Of a stretch of 64,000 bases of DNA, positions 1 through 10,236 are shown in pieces (the first letter of the stretch is position 1; the number at the start of each line of letters is the position of its first letter). Location of the stretch: IMG/VR virus record IMGVR_UViG_3300009181_000044, positions 34,858 through 98,857 of that record, one strand, 5' to 3'. The notes below the pieces were generated by a model. It was not told the origin of the DNA and ran no database searches. It was given only the letters and a program-made list of their open reading frames with translations. Origin of the DNA: a virus. The translations under genes and the position numbers were made by a program.

Positions 1-2
1 CC

Positions 3-1856
3 TCTGCGGTTACCCCCGCAAGTACCCCCGCAACAGTTTCTACTACAGGAAATAGTACATACCCTACTAGTGGTACTTGGTTTACTACTAATTCAAACGG
101 TATAACTTGGACTGTAACCTGGTTAGCAAATGCTCCTAACTCTATTAGTGAGGGATATACCCTTTACCAAAGTGATGGTGTGTTTGTTACTAATGGCAAT
201 ACTAGTTGGGGCTTTCCATACATTAGTTCTTTAAAGGTAGGTAACTTAGCAGCAATCAGTGTAAATACTGGTGGTTTAACAATTTCAGATTACATTAAAG
301 GTGGTAACGCCACTAGTCTTACAACCGGTAATGGTTTTTATGTAGACTCAAGTGGGTATATTAGAGTAGGCACTCCTGGAGCTGCTCAACTAAAGTTTGA
401 TGCTAGTGGATTAAAAATATCGGACTCCACAGGTACGGATATTTTTACTGTAGTTAGTACTGCTAGTACAAATGCAACTACAGCACTACAAACTGCAGGA
501 AGTGTTACTTGGCTGGGCGATGATGCAGTACAAATAATTACCGGCACTCAACTAAAGAAAATAAGCGGTAATAATCTGGCTTGGGATTCCCAAAGATATT
601 CAGCCGAAAGTTACGTAAATGGTGCCTACATAACTTTTATTCCTGTTAGTACAGCCAATGATTTCATGATAGGTTTAAATGCTGACCCAACTACTAATTC
701 AAGTTACAGTACTCTTGACTTTGCTTGGTATTGCACTGTTGCCGGCACTTTAGAAATATATGAAAACAATACTGGACAAAGTTTTGACGCAGGTATACCT
801 GCTCAAACATATAATAGTAGCACAGTTTTAGGTATTGTATATGATGGTAAAACTGTAAAATATTACAAAGATGGAACAGTAATAAGAACAGTAACAAAAA
901 GTGCTAATATAAGACTTTATGCAGATAGTAGTTTTTGTACACTTAATGCAGAAGCTAAATCTATCAGATTTGGTCCTGTAGGTGCAGCAGGTACTGATGG
1001 CATTACTCCTACTATAGCAGTAGGTACAATAACTACAGGGGGTGCTGGCAGCTCTGCATCAGTTACTCCAACTACTAGTGGCACAAATACAACACTAAAT
1101 TTTACTATTCCTCAAGGATATAAAGGCGATAATGGAGTATCTTATTCATTACTAGCAAGTCAACAAGTAATACGTAAACTAGCAAATGGAACCTTTAGTA
1201 TCCCGTATGTAACGGGTTACATTAAAAAATCAGATGGAACTACTGTTAGTGACTACAACGGATATTTTAAAATTTACAATGATAGTACAGGCTTAGTATA
1301 TACTAGTGCCGCAGCAGAAAGTAATAAAACGTATAATTTTTCTAGTGTTCCCGCCACAATGGCAGTAGATATATACGCATACGTTGATAGTGGATTTACT
1401 CAACTAATAGGTAGAATATCTATACCTGTAATTAAAGATGGTGCAGACTCTATAGTTCCCGGAGATGCAGGAGCTCGAGGTAGTTTACAAGGTTACGGTT
1501 CAAAGTATGGTATTACCACAGATTCTTGGAATAATAACTTAGCTAATCGTGTAATTTTTAATCTTGTTAATGGTTCTGCCGCGACAAGTGAAGTAACTTT
1601 TACAAGTTACAATCAAATAGGTGATACGGTTACCTTTACAAATTCTGCACAAACAGCATCGTTTACTAAATTCTGGGATGGCACTACATGGCTAGATCCT
1701 GCCGTAATTATAAATGGCAACCTAATAGCTACTGGAACTATTGCTGCTAATAGACTAGCGGCTAACTCACTGTTAGTAGGGCACAGAATTGAAAATACCG
1801 CAGGCACTTTTGTTATGAATTTTGGTGCTACGCCATCTATCTCGATCTCAGTTTAA
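3..1856 (+). CDS. Tail tip / central fibre (host-specificity J-like) protein, C-terminal part, 5'-truncated by the window
   Basis: Frame is open from position 3 to the ORF at 180; Thr/Gly/Ser-rich beta content, collagen-like GxxG stretches, and an 'INGNLIATGTIAANRL' beta-helix tail motif. Confidence 0.65.
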   Translation, partial: SAVTPASTPATVSTTGNSTYPTSGTWFTTNSNGITWTVTWLANAPNSISEGYTLYQSDGVFVTNGNTSWGFPYISSLKVGNLAAISVNTGGLTISDYIKGGNATSLTTGNGFYVDSSGYIRVGTPGAAQLKFDASGLKISDSTGTDIFTVVSTASTNATTALQTAGSVTWLGDDAVQIITGTQLKKISGNNLAWDSQRYSAESYVNGAYITFIPVSTANDFMIGLNADPTTNSSYSTLDFAWYCTVAGTLEIYENNTGQSFDAGIPAQTYNSSTVLGIVYDGKTVKYYKDGTVIRTVTKSANIRLYADSSFCTLNAEAKSIRFGPVGAAGTDGITPTIAVGTITTGGAGSSASVTPTTSGTNTTLNFTIPQGYKGDNGVSYSLLASQQVIRKLANGTFSIPYVTGYIKKSDGTTVSDYNGYFKIYNDSTGLVYTSAAAESNKTYNFSSVPATMAVDIYAYVDSGFTQLIGRISIPVIKDGADSIVPGDAGARGSLQGYGSKYGITTDSWNNNLANRVIFNLVNGSAATSEVTFTSYNQIGDTVTFTNSAQTASFTKFWDGTTWLDPAVIINGNLIATGTIAANRLAANSLLVGHRIENTAGTFVMNFGATPSISISV

Positions 1857-1864
1857 GGAACACC

Positions 1865-2686
1865 ATGGCAAACCTAAGAGTAATTTACAACAATTTGGCA
1901 GATGCGGCTGTTATTACAGCAAGCACAACTGCCTCAGGTTTTAGTGTTGATAACCTTAAAAATACTCAAAAAACCAGCGTTCATCGTAGTACTGGTGCTG
2001 CTGTAACTTATACACTAACTTGGTCAACCGCACAAAGCATTAGTTGTGTAGCCCTGCCTGCAACAAATTTGCAGGCAGGCGATACCATTAAAATTGTAGG
2101 GTACACAGAAACCGCAGACACTACGCCTATTTACGAAACTGACAATCTACCGGCTTGCACAGGTCGAGTAACAACACTGTATAATAAATACACGCTGCCA
2201 ACTTACGTTGATTTTGGTTTTGGCGGAGCTACTAAAACCAGTTTTTGGTTTCCCACAACTTATCAGCTTAAAAAGCTAGTAATTACCTTAACTAGTACTA
2301 CAGTTACAGCAATTGACTGTGCTAGACTTATTTGTGGCACATACTGGGAAAGCACTAGACAAGCTAGTAATGGTATTCAATTAGGCTACGAAGATTTAAG
2401 TGAAATTACTACAACTCGTAGTGGTAACACGTACGAAGACCGAAAGCCTATCTCAGAAACTATGCAGTTTGATTTAGAATACCTGCCAGACGCAGACCGT
2501 AAACAACTACAAACACTAATGCGTAGCTGGGGTTCTAGTGCATTAATATACTACTGTATATTTCCTAGCAATACTAATCCTGAGTTAACTCAAAGCTATA
2601 GTATATATGGTCGCAGTAATTCTAACAGTTTACAATATCAGTTCTTTAGTTTCTATAACACCAATCTTGATATAAAAAGTTGGTAA
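1865..2686 (+). CDS. Putative distal tail (Dit-like)/virion structural protein
   Basis: 273 aa with RBS AAGGA; position after the tail-tip gene; siphophage Dit-like C-terminal pattern. Confidence 0.5.
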   Translation: MANLRVIYNNLADAAVITASTTASGFSVDNLKNTQKTSVHRSTGAAVTYTLTWSTAQSISCVALPATNLQAGDTIKIVGYTETADTTPIYETDNLPACTGRVTTLYNKYTLPTYVDFGFGGATKTSFWFPTTYQLKKLVITLTSTTVTAIDCARLICGTYWESTRQASNGIQLGYEDLSEITTTRSGNTYEDRKPISETMQFDLEYLPDADRKQLQTLMRSWGSSALIYYCIFPSNTNPELTQSYSIYGRSNSNSLQYQFFSFYNTNLDIKSW

Positions 2687-2690
2687 AATA

Positions 2691-2722
2691 AAAAATACCA
2701 GTCTTAGGGCTGGTATTTTTTT
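2691..2722 (+). terminator. Intrinsic terminator
   Basis: AAAAAATACCAGTC-TTAG-GGCTGGTATTTTTTT hairpin plus U-tract. Confidence 0.85.
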
Positions 2723-2725
2723 ATG

Positions 2726-2754
2726 TTGACATTAGCCTGCCCTTATGATATAAT
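2726..2754 (+). promoter_or_regulatory. Consensus sigma70 promoter
   Basis: TTGACA-17 bp-TATAAT. Confidence 0.85.
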
Positions 2755-2879
2755 AATACAAAATGTCTAGACGTGTCGAATTTTTTTCTTGACAGGCTTT
2801 AGACGCTAATTAAATTGGTTTAACTATGTTATAGCAGGTTGTTTATAGAATAAACCTCCTGATAGGGGAGATATATTTT

Positions 2880-3227
2880 ATGGAGCATACAAGTCCAGAC
2901 GACATAATACAAACACTTATGATGCTTGCTGTGGGAATAATTGCGGCTTTATTTGTATTTAAAAAGTTAATAAAAGATTGGCTTAGTAATGATGTTGAGT
3001 CAAATCTTATTAAACTTATGCATACTGAGCTAGAACGTCTAAGTGAGCAAAATACGGCTCTTAGCCTGGAATTAGGTCGCTTACATACTGAAGTAATTGC
3101 ACTAAATCACGAACTACAAAAGTTAACTGTAGAAAATCAGCGATTACAAACCGAGGTTATTGCTCTTACAAACGAAGTAAGTAGCTTTAAACTATTAAGA
3201 CAAGGGAGTATTTATGGCAAGATCTAG
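2880..3227 (+). CDS. Membrane-anchored coiled-coil protein
   Basis: N-terminal TM helix followed by heptad repeats. Confidence 0.6.
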   Translation: MEHTSPDDIIQTLMMLAVGIIAALFVFKKLIKDWLSNDVESNLIKLMHTELERLSEQNTALSLELGRLHTEVIALNHELQKLTVENQRLQTEVIALTNEVSSFKLLRQGSIYGKI

Positions 3228-3837
3228 ATTATTAGACCCCATCAATGATTTAATTACAGATGGTGGTGACGTACTTTGGAGTTTTGTGCGTGGAGAACAA
3301 TTAGAGTTTCCTATTACACTAAATTTTGTAGAAGACGCCCTTAGTTGGTATGGAAATGCTAATAACAGAGGATATGTTTACGAAGCTGTAGTAGTAGAAG
3401 CAAATAATACTGTCGGACAAATCACTACACCAACTACAATTAAACCAAACGGAATTACTAATGTATTAACTGTTAGGGTGCCCTCACTTATTGGTAACTG
3501 GGACGCAGCTTCAGCTTATAATAAAGAAGAAGTAGTCTACTACACTGTAAACGGAAAATACTATAAATTATTAACTGGTGCAGCCAGAACAAGCGCAGTA
3601 ACTCCAGTTTTAGATACTGCATTTTGGGCTGAAACCACAATAAATAAAGTTTACTTACAATTTCCAAAAACATTGGGCACAACTTGGACTCAAACACCAA
3701 CTGTAGAAACTCCAGTTTATGGCTTCTTTGAGCTACGTGTAACAGAACCACAAGATGCTACTTTTATACGCACTTGGAAACCTGTTAGAGGAATGGTAGA
3801 GCTTTTATTTAGTCCTACATATAGCTCTAACGATTAA
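3214..3837 (+). CDS. Virion structural protein (BppU/collar-like)
   Basis: 'RGEQLEFPITL...FFELRVT...GMVEL' pattern resembles a BppU N-domain with an inserted small CBM-like segment. Confidence 0.45.
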   Translation: MARSRLLDPINDLITDGGDVLWSFVRGEQLEFPITLNFVEDALSWYGNANNRGYVYEAVVVEANNTVGQITTPTTIKPNGITNVLTVRVPSLIGNWDAASAYNKEEVVYYTVNGKYYKLLTGAARTSAVTPVLDTAFWAETTINKVYLQFPKTLGTTWTQTPTVETPVYGFFELRVTEPQDATFIRTWKPVRGMVELLFSPTYSSND

Positions 3838-3845
3838 GGAAAATT

Positions 3846-5927
3846 ATGGCAGATATTAAACAAATTTCAGTATCTGCTTCTATTAATACTGCTCAAGATA
3901 ATAGTAGCACTACAAATATAGTAACAAGCGTATCTACAACTAGTGTATCTACAAGCACTTTAGCTAGTATTACACCTAATACTCTAACACAAACTGAAAA
4001 TACAGAGTTAAACGTAGTAGTTACAAATATGGGCGAGGAAAGTATTCCAGAACCCACCTTATTTAAACGGTTAGACGATACCTTTGGGTACAGCGAGCAA
4101 TTAATAAAGGTCATAGCTAAAGTACTGGTGGACTTAGCAGGTACACAATATCAAGTTAGCGCAGCAGTCACAAAAGTATTGGCTGACCCCGCTACAGCCT
4201 CAGAAATATTTAGTAGAGTTGTAGAGTACTATAGAACATATACAGATGCTACCACCAATACCGAACAATTGCAATTAGCCGTTGCAAAAGTATTTGCAGA
4301 TATTACCGCTAATACTGAAACACTATCAAAAATACTAGATAAAACAGCACAAGATTTAACAACTACTAGTGAGCAGCAAGTATTTCAAGCAGATAAAGTA
4401 TTAGAAGACTGGGTAGACGCCACAGATGACATACTTGGCGAAGCAAACATAGATGATGATGAATATGCAGATGTTGGTAAAACTTTATCAGACTACGCAA
4501 CTACCAACGATCAATTTGACAGAACTGTTACTTTTGACAGACAAGTTGCAGACGCAGATAGCGTTACAGATTTAGCACAATTTGCAGTTGATGTCAATAA
4601 AGTAGATACTGCAACTAATACAGAACAAAGAACACTAGCCGTAGATAAAATAGCACAAGATCAAGTTGCTACTACTGAACAAGCTTATTTAAACACAAAT
4701 AAAGTAACACAAGAAACTACAACTACTAGTGAAACTACGCAACTTGCAGCTGATGTTAGCAAACTTGATCAAGTAACTACTAATGAAACTAGTAGTAAAG
4801 ATATTTTTCCGGTTGTGGCGGATCAAGCAGTTACAGCTGAAACATTTGACAGAACCGTTCAGTTTAATAGAACACTTACAGAGTCTAGTGCTACCACAGA
4901 ACAAGTGCAAAAATCCGTTGAGCCTGTATTAACGGAAACTATAACTACAAGCGAGCTAACAACACAACTTGTAGATAAGGTCGCACAAGAAAATATAACT
5001 ACTACTGAACAACAAGTATTTGAAGCAACTAAAGTCTTAGAAGATTTAGTTGATGCCACAGACGATGTGCTTGGAGAAGCAAATGTTGATGATGATCAGT
5101 ATGCTCAAGTAGATAAAACAGTATCCGATTACTTGGCTACAAGTGATCAATTTGATAGAACTGTTGATTTTAATAGAACAGTTACTGATACTGATACTAC
5201 TGTAGATTTAGTAACATTTGCAGCTGAAATAGTGCGTCAAGATAACGCAATAACTTCAGAAACATTTGACAGAGTTGTTGGTTTTAATAGAGACTTTACT
5301 GATCAAACTATTAACGCAGAACAAGTGCAAAAAGTTGTTGCAACAGTACTTGCAGAAATTACTGCTATTACAGAAGTTATAACTCAATTAATAGATAAAG
5401 CAGCTCAAGATTTAACAACTACTAGTGAATACCAGGTATTTCAAACAAACAAAGTTTTAGAAGACTGGGTAGATGCTACAGATGATTTTGATGGTGCCGC
5501 CACGATCGAAGACGATCAGTATGCTCAAGTAGATAAAACTCTATCAGACTACGCAACTACTAGTGATTTAATTAGTACAAGTGCTAGTTATAATAGAACA
5601 GTTACTGATACTGATACTACTGTAGATTTAGTAACACTTGCAATTCAACCAGCTTATCAAGAAACTGTAAATAGTCAAGAACAACTTGTTAAAGATGTTA
5701 CAACAACTTTAACAGAATCAAAAATTTTATCTGAGGTATTCGCTGCTGCAACTGACAAAGCACTTTCAGATAATACAAACAGTAGCGATACTGTAACTCT
5801 TGTTGGAGCACTTTCTAAAACGGAAACTGTTTCAATATCAGAAACAAAAACACTTGCTATGCAAAGCTACTTCGCTACAGACGATTACGTAGAAGCTGGG
5901 TATGTGGGTGAATACTATACTTATTAA
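3846..5927 (+). CDS. Thr/Asp-rich repetitive fibre-like virion protein
   Basis: 693 aa with three long 'KVLEDxVDATDD..GEAN.DDD.YA.VDKT.SDY' repeats plus ~19-aa sub-repeats. Confidence 0.6.
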   Translation: MADIKQISVSASINTAQDNSSTTNIVTSVSTTSVSTSTLASITPNTLTQTENTELNVVVTNMGEESIPEPTLFKRLDDTFGYSEQLIKVIAKVLVDLAGTQYQVSAAVTKVLADPATASEIFSRVVEYYRTYTDATTNTEQLQLAVAKVFADITANTETLSKILDKTAQDLTTTSEQQVFQADKVLEDWVDATDDILGEANIDDDEYADVGKTLSDYATTNDQFDRTVTFDRQVADADSVTDLAQFAVDVNKVDTATNTEQRTLAVDKIAQDQVATTEQAYLNTNKVTQETTTTSETTQLAADVSKLDQVTTNETSSKDIFPVVADQAVTAETFDRTVQFNRTLTESSATTEQVQKSVEPVLTETITTSELTTQLVDKVAQENITTTEQQVFEATKVLEDLVDATDDVLGEANVDDDQYAQVDKTVSDYLATSDQFDRTVDFNRTVTDTDTTVDLVTFAAEIVRQDNAITSETFDRVVGFNRDFTDQTINAEQVQKVVATVLAEITAITEVITQLIDKAAQDLTTTSEYQVFQTNKVLEDWVDATDDFDGAATIEDDQYAQVDKTLSDYATTSDLISTSASYNRTVTDTDTTVDLVTLAIQPAYQETVNSQEQLVKDVTTTLTESKILSEVFAAATDKALSDNTNSSDTVTLVGALSKTETVSISETKTLAMQSYFATDDYVEAGYVGEYYTY

Positions 5928-5936
5928 GGATTTTAT

Positions 5937-6404
5937 ATGTTATTAGAAAACATCAAAACTAAAGGTACGTTGACCCTAATTCTAACAGATGAATTCGGCA
6001 ACGTAAAACAACAAGCAGAAGAAAACTTAGTTGTTTCCACAGGTTTAGCTTATATTGCTAGCCGTATGAAAGATACTACACTAGCTGCAACAAGCTATAT
6101 GAGTATTGGTACAGGTTCAGTAGCAGCAGCTGCAGCAAACACACAATTGGGTGCTGAAAGCGCACGAGTTACGTTAACTTCTACTACCCTAGTAACAACA
6201 ACTGTAGCTAACGATGCTATTCAGTATGTTGCATCTTTCCCAGCCGGTACAGGTACTGCAGCAATTACTGAGGCGGGTCTACACGCAGGTGCTGCAACCG
6301 CAACCGTAAATAGCGGAACACTAGTAGCTCGCACCGTATTCTCAGTAATTAACAAAGGTGCACTAGATACCTTGACAATTACTTGGAAAATTACTGTAGC
6401 TTAA
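5937..6404 (+). CDS. Tail-collar/fibre attachment protein
   Basis: 'NLVVSTGL...IGTG...ITEAGL...ARTVFSVINKG..DTLTITWKIT' family pattern. Confidence 0.65.
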   Translation: MLLENIKTKGTLTLILTDEFGNVKQQAEENLVVSTGLAYIASRMKDTTLAATSYMSIGTGSVAAAAANTQLGAESARVTLTSTTLVTTTVANDAIQYVASFPAGTGTAAITEAGLHAGAATATVNSGTLVARTVFSVINKGALDTLTITWKITVA

Positions 6405-6422
6405 TTTTAACAGGGGATACTT

Positions 6423-6644
6423 ATGGCGACTATTATTACACGAGTATTGGGGGTTTCGCCAAAAAATACTCCCCTTACTAATTCAGAAGTTGATAATAAC
6501 TTTATTAACTTAAACACAGAACTTGGTGAAAAGTTGGTTAAAACGTCAAATTTAAATGATTTAAGTAACGTGGCAACCGCAAGAACAAATTTAGACGTAT
6601 ACAGTCAAGCAGAAGCAGTGGGTTTAGCTATTGCTTTAGGATAA
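6423..6644 (+). CDS. Small virion protein (fibre N-terminal-like module)
   Basis: 'PLTNSEVDNNFINLN' and 'NLNDLSNVATARTNL' fibre motifs. Confidence 0.55.
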   Translation: MATIITRVLGVSPKNTPLTNSEVDNNFINLNTELGEKLVKTSNLNDLSNVATARTNLDVYSQAEAVGLAIALG

Positions 6645-6653
6645 GGATACAAA

Positions 6654-6980
6654 ATGGCTTTCAAATCAAAAATAACAGCAAATATTGGAATAGATGCCAG
6701 TCCTAGTACCATAACTCCTACCATTACTGCAGGTCAGACTGGTACCTTAATCGGTTTATCTATTGCCAACACAACTGCTGCAACAATTACCGTTTCAGCA
6801 CGTTTAGTAAAAAATGGTGGAACATCAGCATTTTTAGTTAAAAGCGCCGCAGTACTTCCTGGCGGCGCTCTTGCCATTGTAGGCGGCGATCAAAAATTAG
6901 TTATTGAAGAAGGTGATTCAGTCACAGCCAGCGCAAGCGCAGCAACTTCAGCAGACGCAATTATTTCATACTTAATATAA
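6654..6980 (+). CDS. Small virion structural protein
   Basis: 108 aa beta-rich; tail context. Confidence 0.55.
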   Translation: MAFKSKITANIGIDASPSTITPTITAGQTGTLIGLSIANTTAATITVSARLVKNGGTSAFLVKSAAVLPGGALAIVGGDQKLVIEEGDSVTASASAATSADAIISYLI

Positions 6981-6990
6981 GGAGTACACT

Positions 6991-9216
6991 ATGGCAGTCA
7001 TAGGAAATGCTCCATTTCAGGGCTTAGTCTCTGGTGGTGAGATTTTAGACGGTTCGATTGAAGGTGTAGACTTAAGTACTAGTGCAATTGCAGCTAGACT
7101 TGGTTATACTCCTGTCAATCCAGGTGCGGCAGCTATTACAGCTGGTTCAATTAATAACACTACAATAGGTGCCACCACAGTTTCTACAGGTGCGTTCACA
7201 ACCTTAACAAGCAATGCTGCAGTAACTTTCACTGCAGGCACTGCTTCTACTACTACCGGGACAGGAACACTTGTAATCACAGGTGGTTTAGGGGTAAGCG
7301 GAAGAATTAACGCAGCCAACTTTGACGGTATTGTTGGTGCTAATACGGCGGCGGCTGGTTCGTTTACTACGCTGAGTGCTACGAGTGCAACTACTATTAC
7401 AGCCCAACTTACAGCATCGACTGGTGATGGAACATACCCAATAATCAGCAAAGATACCAGAGCATTTAGTGCGGGTGTTACCGGCCCACAGTTAGGGTTT
7501 TTTGGGCTGGATTCAACCTCAACAAATAATTCACTTGGTGCAATTCGTGCGCTTGCACAAACCAGTCAAAACGGAACACTAGAGGCACGAGTTTTATCAA
7601 ACGGTTCCATAACCACTATCGGCACATTCTCCTCCACTGGCCTTGCAGTCACTGGAACGCTGAGTGCTACGAATACGATTACTCAAACAGGGTCAAGCGG
7701 CACATTAGCATTTAACCAAAATCAAACTATCACTGGGGCAATAGTAAATACAAAAACAGCGGTAGGGGCAAATTCCCTTGGAGCCTACGATCAATTTGCT
7801 ACAAAAGACAATACTGGAGCGACAAATACATGGGCTGTTGGTGTAAATGTTAATTCAGCCAATAGCAGTTGGGAACTCTATAACGGCGGCACAAAATTTT
7901 TAATAACTCAAGCTGGCAGTGTTAGTATTGGGGGACATTCGCCTAACGCACGACTAGATGTGCGGGGTGATACTGGTTCTAGCGTAAATGCAATTATGAG
8001 AATAAGAGGCACAAACACTACCTCAAGAACAACTAGGTTGCAGTTTGAAGATTATTTGGGAACACTAGCAGATGCTACGATCGATTTTAAAATACCAACA
8101 GCAAGTTCTGCCGCTTCAGCCCTATTGCAAATGGGTATTAACGGCGCTGCTGCACTTGCTATAGACGTTAATTCTAACGTAGGTGTTGGGACTACTGCCC
8201 CACAAAACAGATTACAAGTAGTGACCACAACAAGGCCTCAATTTTCTGTAAGTTATGACGGCACAACAGGTTTGTATCTTGAAGATTCAAGTAACTCAGT
8301 TGGTAAAAGTTGGAAAATTGCTACTTCTACAGCGGTGGCAAGCGCATTAGAATTTTATCAATCAACTGCAACAAGCGGTGTTCCTGTTTGGTCAGCATCA
8401 GCGGCAATGACCCTTGATGCAAGCGGTAGGTTGTTAATTGGAACAACTACTCCTACACAAACTTCTAACTTACTGGAAGTAAATAAAAGTCAAGGTGGTC
8501 AAACTGGTGCCCATGTTGTTAATACTTCAACCAGTAGTGCTTATGCTGAAGCCGTACTTACTACGTCTGCATATAATACAGGATTACTCATAGGATCTGT
8601 TGGAGGAAACGTTACCACATTCGGAATTGCAACTATTGCAGGAGTAGCACCGGCTGGCGTTAGTTATATAATGCAGTTTAGTGCGTATCCAATGGTTATC
8701 AATCATTATGCGGCACAACCAATTGTATTTGGTACCGGCAATGCAAACCGCCTGACCATTGGCTCCACTGGTAACATTGGTATTGCTACCACAGCTGTCT
8801 ACAACAGCGCAAAACTTTCTATTGCTGGTGACCTTGAGGCTCGTGGCAACATGAAGTCTTATAACGGAAGTAGAGGAGGTTTAGCAATTGGAGCATCGGT
8901 AAACTTATTTACTATAAATACTGGCTCTTATGGTACGGCTGTTAGCATGATTGCCTACGTTCAGCAACGAGACGATAACGTTGGTGCTTTAAGTAACTAT
9001 CAATACAGCATCACTGGCTGGGGTGGCTCTGGCGTAACCGTCAATGTTGCCAGCTCTCAAAATTACGGTGTTGCTTCTGCACTTACTGTAACTACCTCAG
9101 GTTCTAGCGGCGGTGCAGTCGTCACCCTCACAAATGCTTCAGGAAGAGCAAGCACCTCAGTGGCTGTGGTAGCCATCGTGCTGATTGGATATGAGTCAGT
9201 TAACTGGGGCTTCTAA
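6991..9216 (+). CDS. Tail fibre protein
   Basis: Repeated 'GNVGIGTTxP'-type fibre-shaft motifs; Gly/Thr-rich. Confidence 0.8.
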   Translation: MAVIGNAPFQGLVSGGEILDGSIEGVDLSTSAIAARLGYTPVNPGAAAITAGSINNTTIGATTVSTGAFTTLTSNAAVTFTAGTASTTTGTGTLVITGGLGVSGRINAANFDGIVGANTAAAGSFTTLSATSATTITAQLTASTGDGTYPIISKDTRAFSAGVTGPQLGFFGLDSTSTNNSLGAIRALAQTSQNGTLEARVLSNGSITTIGTFSSTGLAVTGTLSATNTITQTGSSGTLAFNQNQTITGAIVNTKTAVGANSLGAYDQFATKDNTGATNTWAVGVNVNSANSSWELYNGGTKFLITQAGSVSIGGHSPNARLDVRGDTGSSVNAIMRIRGTNTTSRTTRLQFEDYLGTLADATIDFKIPTASSAASALLQMGINGAAALAIDVNSNVGVGTTAPQNRLQVVTTTRPQFSVSYDGTTGLYLEDSSNSVGKSWKIATSTAVASALEFYQSTATSGVPVWSASAAMTLDASGRLLIGTTTPTQTSNLLEVNKSQGGQTGAHVVNTSTSSAYAEAVLTTSAYNTGLLIGSVGGNVTTFGIATIAGVAPAGVSYIMQFSAYPMVINHYAAQPIVFGTGNANRLTIGSTGNIGIATTAVYNSAKLSIAGDLEARGNMKSYNGSRGGLAIGASVNLFTINTGSYGTAVSMIAYVQQRDDNVGALSNYQYSITGWGGSGVTVNVASSQNYGVASALTVTTSGSSGGAVVTLTNASGRASTSVAVVAIVLIGYESVNWGF

Positions 9217-9232
9217 TTTTTAAAGGAAAATC

Positions 9233-9565
9233 ATGACAACATGGACAATTGAACAACTGGAACGTGAAACTCAGACTGGTTTAGTAACTCAAGTGCACTG
9301 GCGTGCAACTGCCACAGACACAGTTGGAACTGGCGACGATACAAAAAACTACTCAGCTACCGCATACGGCTCACTAGGCTTAACAGCTGGCGATACCGTA
9401 ATCCCATTTGCTGACTTAACCAAAGATGTGGTAGTTGGCTGGGTAAAAGATAAACTGGGCACAGAAGCTGTCACAACTACAGAAGCCAGCCTAGCCCAAC
9501 AGCTTGCAGACCTAAAAGCACCAAAATCTACAGCAGGCTTTCCAACCAGTTGGACTGCAGTTTAA
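9233..9565 (+). CDS. Fibre-associated/chaperone-like protein
   Basis: 'WTIEQLER...VHWR...IPFADLTKDVVVGWVK' pattern typical of genes following fibre genes. Confidence 0.55.
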   Translation: MTTWTIEQLERETQTGLVTQVHWRATATDTVGTGDDTKNYSATAYGSLGLTAGDTVIPFADLTKDVVVGWVKDKLGTEAVTTTEASLAQQLADLKAPKSTAGFPTSWTAV

Positions 9566-9583
9566 TATACCGGAGAACAACCC

Positions 9584-10000
9584 ATGAGTAAAGCATTAGA
9601 ATTAGCCAAGTTTGGTAGGGAAACTATTCCTGCTGGTGCGGTCGTGGGTGACTCTGACACGCAAACTTTAAGCAATAAGCGTATTACGCCAAGAATTTTA
9701 GCAAGCACTAGTAATAGTGCTACACCTACATTAAATACCGATAGTTATGACATAATGGTCATTACTAACCAAACTGTTGCTATTACGTCATTTACTACTA
9801 ATTTGACGGGTACGCCAACAAACGGACAAAAACTTTGGATTTCAATTACTGGTACTGCTGCTGTTGCTATAACGTGGGGTGCTTCATTTGAAGCATCTAC
9901 AACAGCATTACCAACTACCACAGTTACTACTGCACGTTTAGATGTAGGGTTTGTGTGGAATTCAACAACTACAAAATGGCGTTGCGTGGCAGCGGCATAA
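9584..10000 (+). CDS. Short fibre/adaptor protein
   Basis: 'QTLSNKRIT' shaft motif plus a small beta C-domain. Confidence 0.55.
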   Translation: MSKALELAKFGRETIPAGAVVGDSDTQTLSNKRITPRILASTSNSATPTLNTDSYDIMVITNQTVAITSFTTNLTGTPTNGQKLWISITGTAAVAITWGASFEASTTALPTTTVTTARLDVGFVWNSTTTKWRCVAAA

Positions 10001-10011
10001 GGAAAAAAAGC

Positions 10012-10227
10012 ATGAAAATAGACTTTGAATTTGACTCAACTTACGGCGTATTTCGTGACGCCTTACACTTACCAGACAATCATACGTTTACAGATACAGA
10101 AATTAGCACAATGAAGCAACAACGTTTTGATAACTGGATTGCAGTAGTTACGGCTCCGCCACCAAATTACGTGCTAGATGCTGATGGAAATGTGGTGTTA
10201 GATGAAAACGGTAATCCTATAATTTAG
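10012..10227 (+). CDS. Small hypothetical tail-associated protein
   Basis: ORF with RBS AAGGA; tail context. Confidence 0.55.
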   Translation: MKIDFEFDSTYGVFRDALHLPDNHTFTDTEISTMKQQRFDNWIAVVTAPPPNYVLDADGNVVLDENGNPII

Positions 10228-10236
10228 GAGTAACAT

